A stretch of 64,000 bases of DNA from Coniocarpon cinnabarinum (taxonomy: Eukaryota), in the NCBI GenBank assembly GCA_051942205.1, contig JAVECO010000083.1, forward strand, positions 1 through 64,000, in the 5' to 3' direction. Position 1 is the first letter of the stretch. The number at the start of each line of letters is the position of its first letter. The notes under the pieces are model-generated. The model was not told the origin of the DNA, did no database searches, and worked only from the letters and a program-made list of their open reading frames with translations. Positions 24,735 to 36,545 of this stretch are shown here, piece by piece. A program made the translations under genes and the position numbers.

Positions 24735-26968
24735 ATGGTCCGGAAGATCTTATGTGTAGCCGAAAAACCGTCTATTGCGAAAGCTGTAGCTCATCATTTG
24801 AGCAACAATGTTCAAACGCGGCAAACAGGAGCGAAATACAATGTCAATTATGAGTTCGACTTCCAGTTTTCTCCGCCATGGGGTCTTTGCAAGGTGGTCA
24901 TGACCAGTGTTGCTGGGCACTTGATTAGCACCGACTTTTCTGGAAGATTCGCGACTTGGGATGGTTGCACCCCCAATGAATTGTTTGATGCCCCAATTTC
25001 AAACTATGTAGACGTATGCGAGTGATCAAAATCTGTGATGATAAGTGCTGACTACGTCTAGAAAGACAAAAAAGCCATTGCAGACAACATCGAGAAGCAA
25101 GCGCGTTACTGTCAGAGCCTGTTTATCTGGACTGACTGTGATCGCGAGGGAGAGCACATTGGGACCGAGATACGATCTGTAGCTTTGAAAGGGAGGAGCG
25201 GTATCGAAGTCAAACGAGCAAAATTCAGCAACATTGAACGCAAGTACGTAGCCTCCCCACCTCCCCTCAGCCTCGCTAATGGCTCTTCAGCCATGTCATT
25301 CATGCGGCAAAGAATCCAATTGTGTTAGATGAGCAACAGGCCCAGGCGGTAGCAGCGCGGATAGAGCTGGACTTACGCATTGGTTACTGCTTCACTCGAG
25401 TGCTTACAAAACACCTCCAGCAAATCGTTGCGCAGGGCGAAGAAAGACGTCTTATTAGCTACGGTTCGTGTCACATGAACCGATAACCCCTTACAAGCCT
25501 AATGTGAGTCTAGGGTCTTGCCAGTTTCCTACGCTGGGCTTTGTTGTGGATCGCTACAACAGGGTCAGAAACTTCCGTCCAGAGCCTTTCTGGAAGCTCC
25601 AACTGTCACACAAACGAGACGAGATCAAAGTCGAGTTCAGATGGGAGCGAAATCATCTGTTCGATCGCATGATAACCACCATCTTGTTTGAACGATGTCT
25701 GGCTGCTCGTGTTGCAACTGTGACCTCGATCGTTCAGAAACCTACGAGTAAATGGCGGCCGTTGCCACTCACTACTGTCGAGCTGCAGAAGATGGGTAGC
25801 CGCTTCTTACACATGGACAGCCAGCGCGTGATGCAGCTTGCTGAGAGCTTGTACCAAAAAGGGTTGATCAGCTATCCTCGTACAGAGACCGACATGTTCT
25901 CTCGCGACATGGATCTGCACGCAATTCTGAATCGACAAACGTCGGACAATCAATGGGGCAATTATGCACAGCATCTGATCGATGGCGCCTTCAACTGGCC
26001 TCGCAATGGTCGAAACAATGATCAAGCTCACCCACCTATCCATCCTGTCAACCACCCAACAGACCATCTTGACCATGACGCAAAACGTGTTTATGAATTT
26101 GTTACCCGCAGATTCCTCGCATGCTGTTCATCTGATGCAAAGGGGTCGTCCACAACCGTGACCCTTTCATACGGCCCAGAAATATTCACGGCGCATGGTC
26201 TTGAAGTGCTGGAGCGCAACTACCTCGATGTCTATCCTTATGAGAACTGGACATCAACCCAACAGCTCCCTGTCTTTGTCAGAGATGAGCGGTTCATTCC
26301 TGATGAGGCCAAAATGACCGAAGGTCGCACCACACGTCCAGGCCTCCTCACGGAACCAGAGCTAATAGCTTTGATGGACGCCAATGGAATCGGAACAGAT
26401 GCGACAATGGCCGAACATATTGCAAAGATTAAGGAGAGAAATTATGTCTCGATCCTAGATCAAGGCACGGGAAACGCCACGAATGGAGAGGCTGCACGAG
26501 GTGGCCGGGGAGGGAGAGGAGGGCGCGGCGGCCGTGGTGGTCGTGGTGGCTTCAATGCTGCGCGATCTGCCAGCGGCGGCAACGGCAACTCCACGTTTAT
26601 ACCAACTACCTTGGGGTTTGCTCTTGTTGAGGGTTACGAGAATCTTCAGTTCGGAACCAGTCTTACAAAACCGTTCCTGCGCAAAGAGGTATGTCTGTGT
26701 TTAACTCAAGAATGTCCTGTTACTAGACATTGTCGTACTGACAAGTATGAAAGATGGAACTTCAATTGAAAGCCATATGCGACGGCACTCGTACGAAGAA
26801 CGACATCATACAGAATAACATCGACCTCTTTCGAGATGTGTACGTTCGCACGGTGCAGCACATGGCTGTTCTGAAGACGGTGCGTTGCATGCATCAGTCA
26901 TGAGGTGTGTTGGCTAATACTTGCAGGCTGTCCGAAAATATGTCCTTGAAAGTCAACAACTTGATTAA
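24735..26968 (+). CDS. TOP3: DNA topoisomerase III (type IA)
   Basis: TOPRIM LCVAEKPSIAK, IWTDCDREGEHIG, SYGSCQFPTLGFVV, active-site ISYPRTET, AHPPIHP, NGIGTDATMAEHI; several introns; TAA at 26966-26968. Confidence 0.96.
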
Positions 26969-27379
26969 GCCGTTTAGAATCACCATTGACCACCGGCTCG
27001 TCTATCGCATCACATGGCTAGTGGAGCGCGAACGAGATAAAGCTTGCACAGTGGTTACAGCCACCGTCAACTCAAAAGTGAAGGCCGTGAAATGCCTCGT
27101 TGCTGAACGAATATGGCTGAGGTCCCTTTCTCGCTGTCCATTCCTGAACCCTTGACGCGAGCGGGAGATGTTTACTCACTACATTGCACTGGGTCATGGC
27201 AAATGACTTTTCGAATATCTTGATGGCCATGGTCAAAAAATCTTGTGAATCTAATAAGTGGTGCACTGTGCAAGCGTTGTTCTCGCGGTTGCTATGTACT
27301 GGGGACAGAACAGCGGTGACCGAGCAGGTGTTTCATGCACTTCAAAATGCTATAAAGATTACGGCTGCATCTCAGTTCC

Positions 27380-28363
27380 ATGCCATTGCTGCACGCTTCT
27401 TTAGGGAGCTCTACATCTTGGCGCGAGCTTTTCTCGTCTAGTCTCAGAAACATCCTCCTCCATCGATCTTCTGGTGCTCCATTTCTACCTGAGAAGCTTA
27501 CTAAAGGCTTTAGCCGCCCTGTCTCGTACGCTTCGTTGCAGCCACGAAACATGGTTCGAGTTATTTACGCTCCACCTCAGTGGTCGGAATCTGAGCAATG
27601 TTCACAGCTCACGAGCGCCATATCGAAGGCACAGCTTGGCTCTACAGTGAAAGCAAAGAAGGCCAAATCTGTTCGATTCGATGACAATGTGAAGATACAC
27701 CGGTTTGTTAAAGATGCCGAAGACGTTGCAGCACGCAAAGAGCATTGGTGTAACATTATGAACAGAGTAAACGCCCGTAAATTGTCGAACGACCGTAAGT
27801 TCTCGAAGGCGATCGAACGTTTTCTAGAAGACTTCATTCAGCAGGCCGATGACGTGTTACCGTATGCCGAGGGCCGCGATCGAGAGAATCTTTTGCAACT
27901 GCGAGGCATGGCGAATCAGCTCTGGAAGAAGCCCTTGCCTGGACGTCAACGCTATTCGCTTTGCGAGAACTTGGGTAGACTTATCGATCAGTGGAATGAG
28001 CTTCCTCTCAAGAAAGACGATCGGCGCGTTGTTGAGCAAATGCAGGAGCTCCAAGAAGTCATTGATATCTGTGTGGATGATTATGAGGAAAAGCTACTGC
28101 GAAACAACCGCGCAATCTACGCGGCGGAGATCGAGAAGATGCGGATGGATCTCCGTTGCTTTTCTGGAGACGGAACTCAAGATGCCGAGCTATGGCTCAA
28201 GAAGCTCGATGAGTATTTTGAACGGGAATATGAAGACAATTCACGAACGCCGCAGGCTTGGTTGACGGAGTGGCAGGCGATGTTGGAGGGACCAGCGAAG
28301 AAGTGGGCTTCGAATCATGCCATCATTCCCACGTTTCTGGACTCTCGTAATCCAATTGGCTGA
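27380..28363 (+). CDS. Hypothetical protein with coiled coil and C-terminal retrotransposon Gag/capsid-like motif
   Basis: 327-aa ORF (alternative ATG at 27551). C-terminus FSGDGTQDAELWLKKLDEYF...LEGPAKKW resembles the Ty3/gypsy capsid signature. Also a KSVRF (RVxF-like) motif. Confidence 0.55.
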   Translation: MPLLHASLGSSTSWRELFSSSLRNILLHRSSGAPFLPEKLTKGFSRPVSYASLQPRNMVRVIYAPPQWSESEQCSQLTSAISKAQLGSTVKAKKAKSVRFDDNVKIHRFVKDAEDVAARKEHWCNIMNRVNARKLSNDRKFSKAIERFLEDFIQQADDVLPYAEGRDRENLLQLRGMANQLWKKPLPGRQRYSLCENLGRLIDQWNELPLKKDDRRVVEQMQELQEVIDICVDDYEEKLLRNNRAIYAAEIEKMRMDLRCFSGDGTQDAELWLKKLDEYFEREYEDNSRTPQAWLTEWQAMLEGPAKKWASNHAIIPTFLDSRNPIG

Positions 28364-28928
28364 TTGGAAGGTCGTCAATACGGTCAAAGGTATGTTCCTC
28401 CGCCAATATGTCGTGCGTTGTCCTTGAGCAGTACTCGCAGATATACTAAAGAAAGGAGTACTAGCGGTGAAAGCAAGGTAACGCAAGCTACCTGTGTGCT
28501 TCTGAGTACTGAAACCATTTTTCATACGCTCTGCTTCTCTCATTGATTCATTAGAGACCTTTCTTGTCTCATGGATCGTCCTCAACTCATACTGTCCAGG
28601 TTGTGACTCTCGAAGTTGCCGTCGCGGTGGTGGATCCCTGTAGAAAAGTCTTCACTGTGCATGCAGAACCGACGATGCCATTCATCAGAGTCCACCGCCG
28701 TGACGTTATGTGCACTGTGCATGGAACAAGGATGCCTGCCGTATAGCGTGACGGCGAAACCGTACAGGAGCACTCAGAATCTCACTGTGCATGTGCGAGG
28801 ACATTCACAAACACATATATTAGGCGAGCACCTTCGTCTCGGGACCCCAGCGAATAGCACTTCTTGCCCACGCTTGATTGATCTCAACTTATTAGGCAAG
28901 AATTCATATCATACACCTTCACTTCAAA

Positions 28929-29978
28929 ATGGCAGCCTCTTCATCATCCCCGTGCGTCTCGCCAATCTCGTCCCACGAATCAGTGCAGCTCGACATCCCG
29001 CGCACATCCACCGAAACTTTCACCAGCGTCGAAGGTTTCGAACTCCCTCTCAAGAATGACTTTCACGCTTCTGACTACGATAATCTGGACGACGACGTCA
29101 TGAGCGTGACTGGCTCGGCTATCGACGGCATTGAAGGCGCTTACGTCAAAGACGCTGAAGAGACTACTCTTACGTTTATCAGGCCTCGCGAAGTGATGGT
29201 TCGAACTCCAACTCCGGGACCTTCTTTAGTGGATTCGGATACGCTGCACTCCATGGAGGAAAAGGCGCCTACGATTGGGTTCCTTGTGGAATCTGTGGTC
29301 AACCCTGGGACGCAGTCGTCATCTTCGTCTGAGAAGGATTCTCGGAAGGCTTCTGAGAAGCACCATGCGTCTTCAGGAAACGTTTCAGAAACGAGAAAGT
29401 CGTTGCGGCTTAAGAAGTCGCTTAATCGTCTTCGCGCTATTTCAAAACTCACCTGCACGCCTTTAAAATCAATCAACAAGCTCGACACTTTTGCAACTCC
29501 CACAATTTCAGCCTACACCATTCATCCCCTCTCCATATCGCGCGGCACAGATCCACCTACATCCTCCCACCCTCCAAACGTAAAGGACAGCTCAGACCAT
29601 CTCAAAACTGCCATCGCGCCCTCTCAACCCAAAACACTAATCCGCGAGTCCGCTATTCCATGGTCAGCTCATGCTTACCCAAGTGGACTGGTCTCTATTA
29701 CATTCCCGCTGTGGATCGTCGGCTTACTCCAAGGATCCATCCCGGAAACGGGGCACGTCATGAAGACGAAGATCAAGGCCGAGGCCGTAAAAGATAAGGA
29801 GTTTCCGGCGGATGTGGATCTGGTTTTGGGACTGGATATGCTTGGATACCATCGGTTTGAGATGAAAACCAAGCTTAAGTGGGAGTGTGGGGATGTGAAG
29901 GTGGAGGGGGAGTTGGTTTTGGAGGACAGGGATGAGTTGAGGCAATGGGGGGTGGTTGTGAAGTTGGGGCAGCTTTAG
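28929..29978 (+). CDS. Hypothetical protein; low-complexity N-terminus and possible degenerate retropepsin-like C-terminal domain
   Basis: 349-aa single ORF with AAAATGG start context; C-terminal DLVLGLDML motif. Confidence 0.55.
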   Translation: MAASSSSPCVSPISSHESVQLDIPRTSTETFTSVEGFELPLKNDFHASDYDNLDDDVMSVTGSAIDGIEGAYVKDAEETTLTFIRPREVMVRTPTPGPSLVDSDTLHSMEEKAPTIGFLVESVVNPGTQSSSSSEKDSRKASEKHHASSGNVSETRKSLRLKKSLNRLRAISKLTCTPLKSINKLDTFATPTISAYTIHPLSISRGTDPPTSSHPPNVKDSSDHLKTAIAPSQPKTLIRESAIPWSAHAYPSGLVSITFPLWIVGLLQGSIPETGHVMKTKIKAEAVKDKEFPADVDLVLGLDMLGYHRFEMKTKLKWECGDVKVEGELVLEDRDELRQWGVVVKLGQL

Positions 29979-30651
29979 GATGGGAGCTTAACTTTTCTTG
30001 AGATCAGTTTGGGAAGTCTTGTATGATAGTGAATCAATTGTGAAACCATGTCCTAGAGTTGCTTCTTTTTTGAATGCCCTGCGAGCTCAATGTTGCGCGG
30101 TCGAGGATGTACGCTTGAAAAGAAACAAGGCTGTGCTCCGGTGAGGCTGAGCGGTGTTACAATCCAATGTTCGTGTAGATCAAGTTGAAAACAGACATGC
30201 TTCTTAGAGCTATTTTGACGAAAATGAACGACCACATCTGCTCATCCGACGCTTTTTAAAATGTGCTCAGTGCCGTAGCAGATCACGGTTTTTTTTTTTA
30301 GCAACTTAGGTCATGTGCGTGAGGTGATTTCCTCATCGTTCAGCACAACTATCGACACAGGTGTTTCGCTGTCGTGACGCGATCCCACCAGCTGGTGCCA
30401 GCTGTCTTTGGAGCTGAGATTTTAACGTCAAGAAAACAACAGACTGTGTCGGACGCGCTCTGTGTCAACGCTGATTCGCAATAGCAGTGTGACCTACGGA
30501 TTTAAAATGCATCACTCATGTTTAAGGACCTCTCAAGCGAATAGGTGATTTATTTCGTTATTAGCCCAGCATTCTGTATCTACAATCTAGTGTCTGGTAT
30601 CTGCGACATCCAATCCAAATCTCCCCTCTCTTCTTGGATCGTACCCCTGCT

Positions 30652-30735
30652 CTTACAACTTCCAAGGATCTCCCCTGCCATCCTCGCCACCGCCTCACAG
30701 CTTCCAAGGATCTCCACCTCCATCCTCACCACTGC
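30652..30735. repeat. Imperfect 42-bp tandem duplication spanning the stop codon of the borate transporter
   Basis: cttacaacttccaaggatctcccctgccatcctcgccaccgc (30652-30693) versus ctcacagcttccaaggatctccacctccatcctcaccactgc (30694-30735). Confidence 0.85.
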
Positions 30736-32876
30736 CAGGAGACTGTCCTGCACTCCTTTCCTTTTTCTCCCCCCTCAGCCGCAGATCTCGTCCTTCGCTC
30801 CCCGCTCCACTTGCCACACCTATGTCACTCTTCTCGTCCGCCTCAGCATCATTACCGGCGCCCGCACCGCCTGCACCATGGCCCCCATCCGATCCCAACG
30901 GCGCCTCTTCAGCGCCATGAATCCCGCCAACACTTTCCATCGTAAACGGACTCGCTGTCGGCGCATCCAACACATCTAGCTCTTCCTTTTGAAACACCCG
31001 CGGCATCACCCACACACGCCATGGTATCGGCATCAACAAAATGATCGGAAAACCAATCGCCGCAATCGTCTGCGTGATAGCGAAGGCCGCGCCGAAAAAG
31101 AAAAGCTCCATCGCCACAAAGACCCAAATCATGGACTGGCGCTTAATCTGCTTCAGCGGCTCTGTCGCTACCGTACCTGAGAGTGAGCGTTCCCGGCAGA
31201 GGTACAGCAGTTTGAGGACGATGCCGTTGCCTGCAAGGGCTTGGGTGCCCATAGTGAAGAACAGACCCGCGAGGACGCCTTGCGGGATTAGATGCACGAC
31301 GATGAGCAGCGGGCCGGACATAGTGCCCAGCGTTAGAAAACCCTGCGCGAGGTTGGAGACGCGCTGTTCCACGACGTGATCGACGACGCGCTCGAGCTTG
31401 TACTCTTGGTCGGCTTCTTCTTCTACGGAGGAGGAAGAGTCGGTTGTTTTGGCTGGAGCGATGGGGATGCGACGTTGTTTTGTTACGCATAGTGCGTTAG
31501 TGTGGAAGGGTGCTTGCGGGATGAGGCCGTTTGGGAATGGTATGCCCAGCAGACCGGCCACACCTGTTGTGATTCCCAGCAAAAAGATGTCCCAGTGAAA
31601 GCCTGCTGGTTTGCGGAGTGGAAACTCGGTACCTTGGGCGATGAGGGAGGATACATTGTGGTCGAACCAGAAGAGGATGGTGAGGATAATGGCGAATGGG
31701 AAAGCGATGCCGACGTCACGGGGTCTGACCTCCCAAAAGTCAACGAACCAACCGCGGTCAGTGGTCGGGAAGAAGGCTTTGCTGGTTGGAAGCGTGTTGA
31801 GGTGGACGGAGCGCATGTGTCCGATGTGAACGAAACCAGTGAAGAAGATAATAGTGAGGGGTGTGCCATAGTCCTCGATGAACTTACGAACATATCGTTG
31901 GAAGAGGGAAGAACCGCCAATGATTCCGCATGCGTACGCGACGATGAGCACAAGGAGAGCGACCATAATGGAAAGGTATAGAGAAGTCTGGCCAAGAGCG
32001 AGCTGACGTATCAGAACTTGCACGCCTTTTTGGAGGTAGATGAGCGCAACGTAGAAGCCGAAAGTGTCGCAAGAGAAGCGGGTGACATAGCGGAGACCGT
32101 TGCAGGAGTTTGAGATGGCAAGGAACCAGTGCATGACCATGGCCCATCTAAAGAAGCATGATTAACAGGTGGAACGTCTTGCGCTGCGATCAAAGGCGAC
32201 AACTCACAATCCAATCAATGCCATAAAGGCGAAGAAGTTTGAGCCGGTCGGAACCATGATATCGTACACGGTATAGCTGAACACAGTGATGGGACCGGTC
32301 ACGCCAACAATGGTCAATGGCTGACCAGCGAACAGCGAAAACACAAACGAAGCCATAAAGGAGGACAGCAAGACTTCATTTACGCCATAGCTATTGTGGG
32401 TGCGATCAAACATGTCCAATGAAAACGCCAGCGCAGGAAGGATACTGCGCACACAATCGTCAGTCGTCTTGCAAGTGGTCAGACCGTTCAGTGTCTTCTC
32501 AAAGCGAATGAATGTCAAATTTCAAGAGTTCAAGGCTTGCGCCGAAGGTCATGTCAAGAAGAGGTTCTCTACTACAGGTGCGTGCGTACTTTGCGAAATA
32601 CATGTATACTGTCGCCGGCACCACACGGTAGTCCCACGCATCTAGAAAGTCGCTACCATAGTATGGAGCCCGTCTCTTGACATCGTTCCACATGCCGCGG
32701 AACCAATATATGCGCCACCATCTTGGAGGTTTTCGTCTTGAGGGTTGTCGATTCAATGAGTGGGGCGGCAGCGTGTCGTCGTAGGATGATGTCCCATTCT
32801 CTTTTTCGCCACGGCTGCTGTCGCGAGGCTCATCTGCCGATGCTCTAGAATTGCGAAAATTTCTAAGTCGCTGCAT
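30695..32876 (-). CDS. BOR1: Borate/bicarbonate (SLC4-like) transporter, Bor1 family
   Basis: DVKRRAPYYGSDF, YMYFANILPALAF, GQPLTIVGVTGP, FWFDHNVSSLIAQ, GFHWD, NGLIPQAPFHT, EQRVSN; introns at 32445-32589 and approx. 32148-32207. Confidence 0.92.
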
Positions 32877-33482
32877 GATCTAAAGTAGAGGAATATGCGT
32901 TGCGGTGGCAAAAGGTCGTTCAATGGAAAGAAAAGCTAGACTTGATCCAGATTCAACCAACAGCGGCAGCGCATTTTGTCCAAAGTGCTGAAGACGGTCT
33001 GTAGAATACCAGCTAGCCTCTGAATATCTGAGTATTCACTATTGGTTCTATTAGAAATTTAACATTAGGAGAGCCTTGTACAGCAGCTATGAAGCTGCAA
33101 AAGGATGAGAAGCCGTGAAAAATGTGGAGAAGGCTTCGATACCCCAGAGTATTTCACGCTAGTTCTCGTCCGGTGTAGCGTTAAGGAGATCGTCGCCTTC
33201 CGCCGGCCCTTTGGACACCTTACGCTCTGTTTGCCATCACTACTCCCGTCGCTATGGCTTCCACGAAGACAAAGGACTCTTTAGCTCCTCATGGTTCGTG
33301 TTGCTTCTTTGTAGACACTTGTCGACACACCGCCCTCCGGATCGCCCCTCGATTTGGATTGCGAGTATTGTCGGCGCAAGATCCTCCAGCTCTATGTGCT
33401 TGTCTATTGCGAGAACCGTAGTCCAGGATTCTAACGGAGTTTTGTATCGCACGTGAAAATACATCGACACGATCGAGTACCT

Positions 33483-34460
33483 ATGGAGCGCCCCACGTAT
33501 ACAGCAGCCCAACTGCATGCCTACTATGAGCGTATATCCCTACCGCGTCCGTGGCGACTGGAACCCGGGAAGGACAGCCGCACTGCAGCGCAGGATCCAC
33601 GTCGAGGTCTCAAATTTTTGACAGCGCTGCAACAGTCTCAGCTCGTCTCTGTACCATTCGAGAACCTCAGCTTTCATTATTCCACCCAACGCACAGTCTC
33701 CATTGATCCGTTAGATATCTACGAGAAGATCATAGGACGTGGCCAAGGACGTGGTGGTCACTGTATGGAAGCAAATGGTCTTTTCGGCACAGTATTGAGA
33801 AGCCTCGGATTCGACGTCTACCCGGTGTGCGGTCGCGTAAATGCCTCGGCTTCCTCCTCTGAGATTGGTCGCCATCCCCAGTTCCGTGGATGGAACCACA
33901 TGCTGCACATTGTTACGTTTGGAACAACCCGTTACGTTGTCGATGTCGGCTTTGGCTTTCCTGAAATGACTCGCCCACTGGCGCTGGATCAGTCCTCTAC
34001 TACACCGGTCACTATCGTGGCCTCGCAGTTGGGGCGTTTGCGCCGAGATTTCATTCCTCATACCATTCGACAAAGCGGCAGCGAACAGCTCTTATGGATC
34101 TATGAGACTCGAAATGCCTTGGCTGACGATAACCTGTGGATACCCAGTTACTGCTTCACTGAGCTTGAATTCTTGCCCGCTGATTTTAAGATGATGAATT
34201 TCTTTGTGTGCAACTCTCTCGACTTGTTCTTCCATACAGATGTGATCTGCTTTCGGTACCTTTCTGAGGATGACGAGATCGTTGGCTCAGCTCACCTTAG
34301 CAACCAGCGCTTGAGAATCTACAAGCGGGGTACAAAACTTGTTGATACTATATTGCAAACTGAATGTGATCGTGTGAGAGCTCTCGCAAAGCACTTCAAC
34401 GTTGATTTTACCGATGAGGAACAGACAGCTATCGAAAGCCACCGCACAGAGATTCGATGA
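33483..34460 (+). CDS. Arylamine N-acetyltransferase
   Basis: VPFENLSFHY; catalytic triad Cys (RGGHCME), His (WNHML), Asp (VDVGFG). Confidence 0.92.
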   Translation: MERPTYTAAQLHAYYERISLPRPWRLEPGKDSRTAAQDPRRGLKFLTALQQSQLVSVPFENLSFHYSTQRTVSIDPLDIYEKIIGRGQGRGGHCMEANGLFGTVLRSLGFDVYPVCGRVNASASSSEIGRHPQFRGWNHMLHIVTFGTTRYVVDVGFGFPEMTRPLALDQSSTTPVTIVASQLGRLRRDFIPHTIRQSGSEQLLWIYETRNALADDNLWIPSYCFTELEFLPADFKMMNFFVCNSLDLFFHTDVICFRYLSEDDEIVGSAHLSNQRLRIYKRGTKLVDTILQTECDRVRALAKHFNVDFTDEEQTAIESHRTEIR

Positions 34461-34738
34461 GGCGATTTCTGAGTTGATCATATACAGCCAAGCTGCGATG
34501 CGCTATCCATTGCAAAGTGAGATCTTGATCTCAAAATTGCCAATCCTCGCGTGATGTGCAGGCAGCCAGGCAAGCGAGTGGGCGGGCTAGGCGCCTTGCA
34601 CCTTGAAGACAAACTGCACCTCACAAGTTGTACGTCATGTGCCAGGATATTTCGTCTGCAAAATACATAAGACTCTTCAAGCATCAACACTTCAATCTAT
34701 TGTTGCTTCTTTCCACAATCGAGTGACAGCAAATTACC

Positions 34739-36545
34739 ATGACTGAATTGCCCAAAGCCTGCCCTACCGCCAAAGCAGCGTCGAAGCTCGAAACATCTAA
34801 AGACGTTCGAGACGTAACGTCCTCTACTGGCCGCGAAAGTACTCACACTGAATCCCTTGAAACGAAAGTGACACGCGAAGTACCCAAACTTCATGAACTT
34901 CCCGTAGAGATATTGAACTTGATTCTAGATTATGTGCTCCGCAGGCAGATCACAAGCTTGCAAACGCGGCGCCACGAGACTCAACAAGGAGTAACATACT
35001 ACACGGTACCTTCAACGGAGAAAATCTTAGTTAACACCTGGATATCTCTCAAGCACTTCCGAAGTGTTCATACCAGCCTTGCAAACATAGGCTTGGAATA
35101 TTGGCTCCGGATTCTTAGCAAGAATGAACAGGATTCTTATCGTTTTCATCTTCTGCAGTACGAGCTTAGCATAAAGTCCTTGACAAGGCTGCGAGCTGTT
35201 CTTCGCAATCCCAAACTGGCCAATATCATCCATCATATCCAATTAGTGGAGTTTCCTCCCCCTTCCAATCTGTGCAACGAGGAGAAGTTCAAAACGAAGC
35301 TTCGTGACAGATTGCAGAGATACAAGTCTGTCACGAATCGAGCAAAGACTGAGCCACCGGGCTACTTTGATCGAGTCTTGGCAATCCACTGGCTTGAGAC
35401 CGTTGAGTGGTGCGTATAGAGACCTTACTTTCCGTGACCTTCAAGTTTGGGCCCCGTCTAGCTTGTAGCATGAGGAGATGGTATATCGCCACACTCTGCA
35501 TTAGATGGACCCATCTTCGGATGCTGCTTTCTCTCTGGCTGACATTGGAAATATCAGGTGCCATGAGCTTCTGCATATTCACAAACATCGTCACGACGCC
35601 GAGATCCTGGAGGCATACCTGGCAAACGCACAAAGCCTGAAAAAGATCTCTTACCACTGCATCAGATTTCCTCCTCAATTCAAGTGCAGCCTCTCACCTT
35701 CATTGGCAGACTTACAAGTCTATCCAGACCGCTCCCCCATCACGATCGACACAATTCAGGATGCGTCGACGTACAACGGTCTCGCAAATCTGCTCAGATT
35801 CGTGGAGGTGCATGAGCCGTTCAAGGAGCTTCGTTTGCAAGGCGTGGACTGCGGTATTGGCGCAATGCCACGGTCGTCCCGCGAGAAGTTGACTGCACTG
35901 TTAGCGCAAACCGAGAGATTGGATTTGGAGTGTCATCCAGATCAATTTCCCCATGACGAGAGGCATGAGCATCGGGCTAGGATTCAATGCTGCAGAAGCA
36001 TGCTCGCTCCTGCTTGCAACGTTACCGATTTGTCTATCAGTACCGACACAAGCCTACTCAGCAGCTCGCTCAAAGGACAGTGTGACATTCTTCCCACTTT
36101 CCAAGGTAGACAGCCCAGCGATCTGATCCGCGTCGTCCTTAGAGACTGTCTCTTCCCGCGCCTTGCGCATGCAGATATTCAGTACCTGATATCTGTGCCT
36201 TTCGAAATCCAAGACTTTCTACAGCGCAATGGTAATCAGCTTAGATCTGTCATCATGCGCAAGTTTTGCCTGGTGACGGAATTTCCTGACGACGCTGAAG
36301 CCATCTTGAAAGCAGCCCCGCGTCTTGAATGGACTCGGCTCACAGGCCAAGTGCGTGAGCTACCAAAGATACGCGATGCCTGGTTCAGCAACAATCCTCG
36401 CGGAATAGGTCGTCCTCCTAGGGTCGTTTTGGGAGACCTCGCGCTCATGGCGTCTCGCGATAAAAACCCGCTGGACTATAGAATCGGTATCGAGAAGTTT
36501 ATTAGGTCCAATCCAAGACTGGGGAAATGGTCTGACGTTGTCTGA
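34739..36545 (+). CDS. F-box-like protein; junction between its two ORFs unresolved (possible in-frame TAGs)
   Basis: F-box-like LHELPVEILNLILDYV in ORF 34739-35419; LRR-like strands (FKELRLQGV, VTDLSIST, FPRLAHADI, LRSVIMR) in ORF 35505-36545; candidate intron 35410-35461. Confidence 0.55.

Noticed and set aside
32445..32589. Longer-than-usual BOR1 intron with ATGA..CTGA, considered as an intronic C/D snoRNA host
   Set aside because: No canonical RTGATGA box C and no identifiable rRNA guide.
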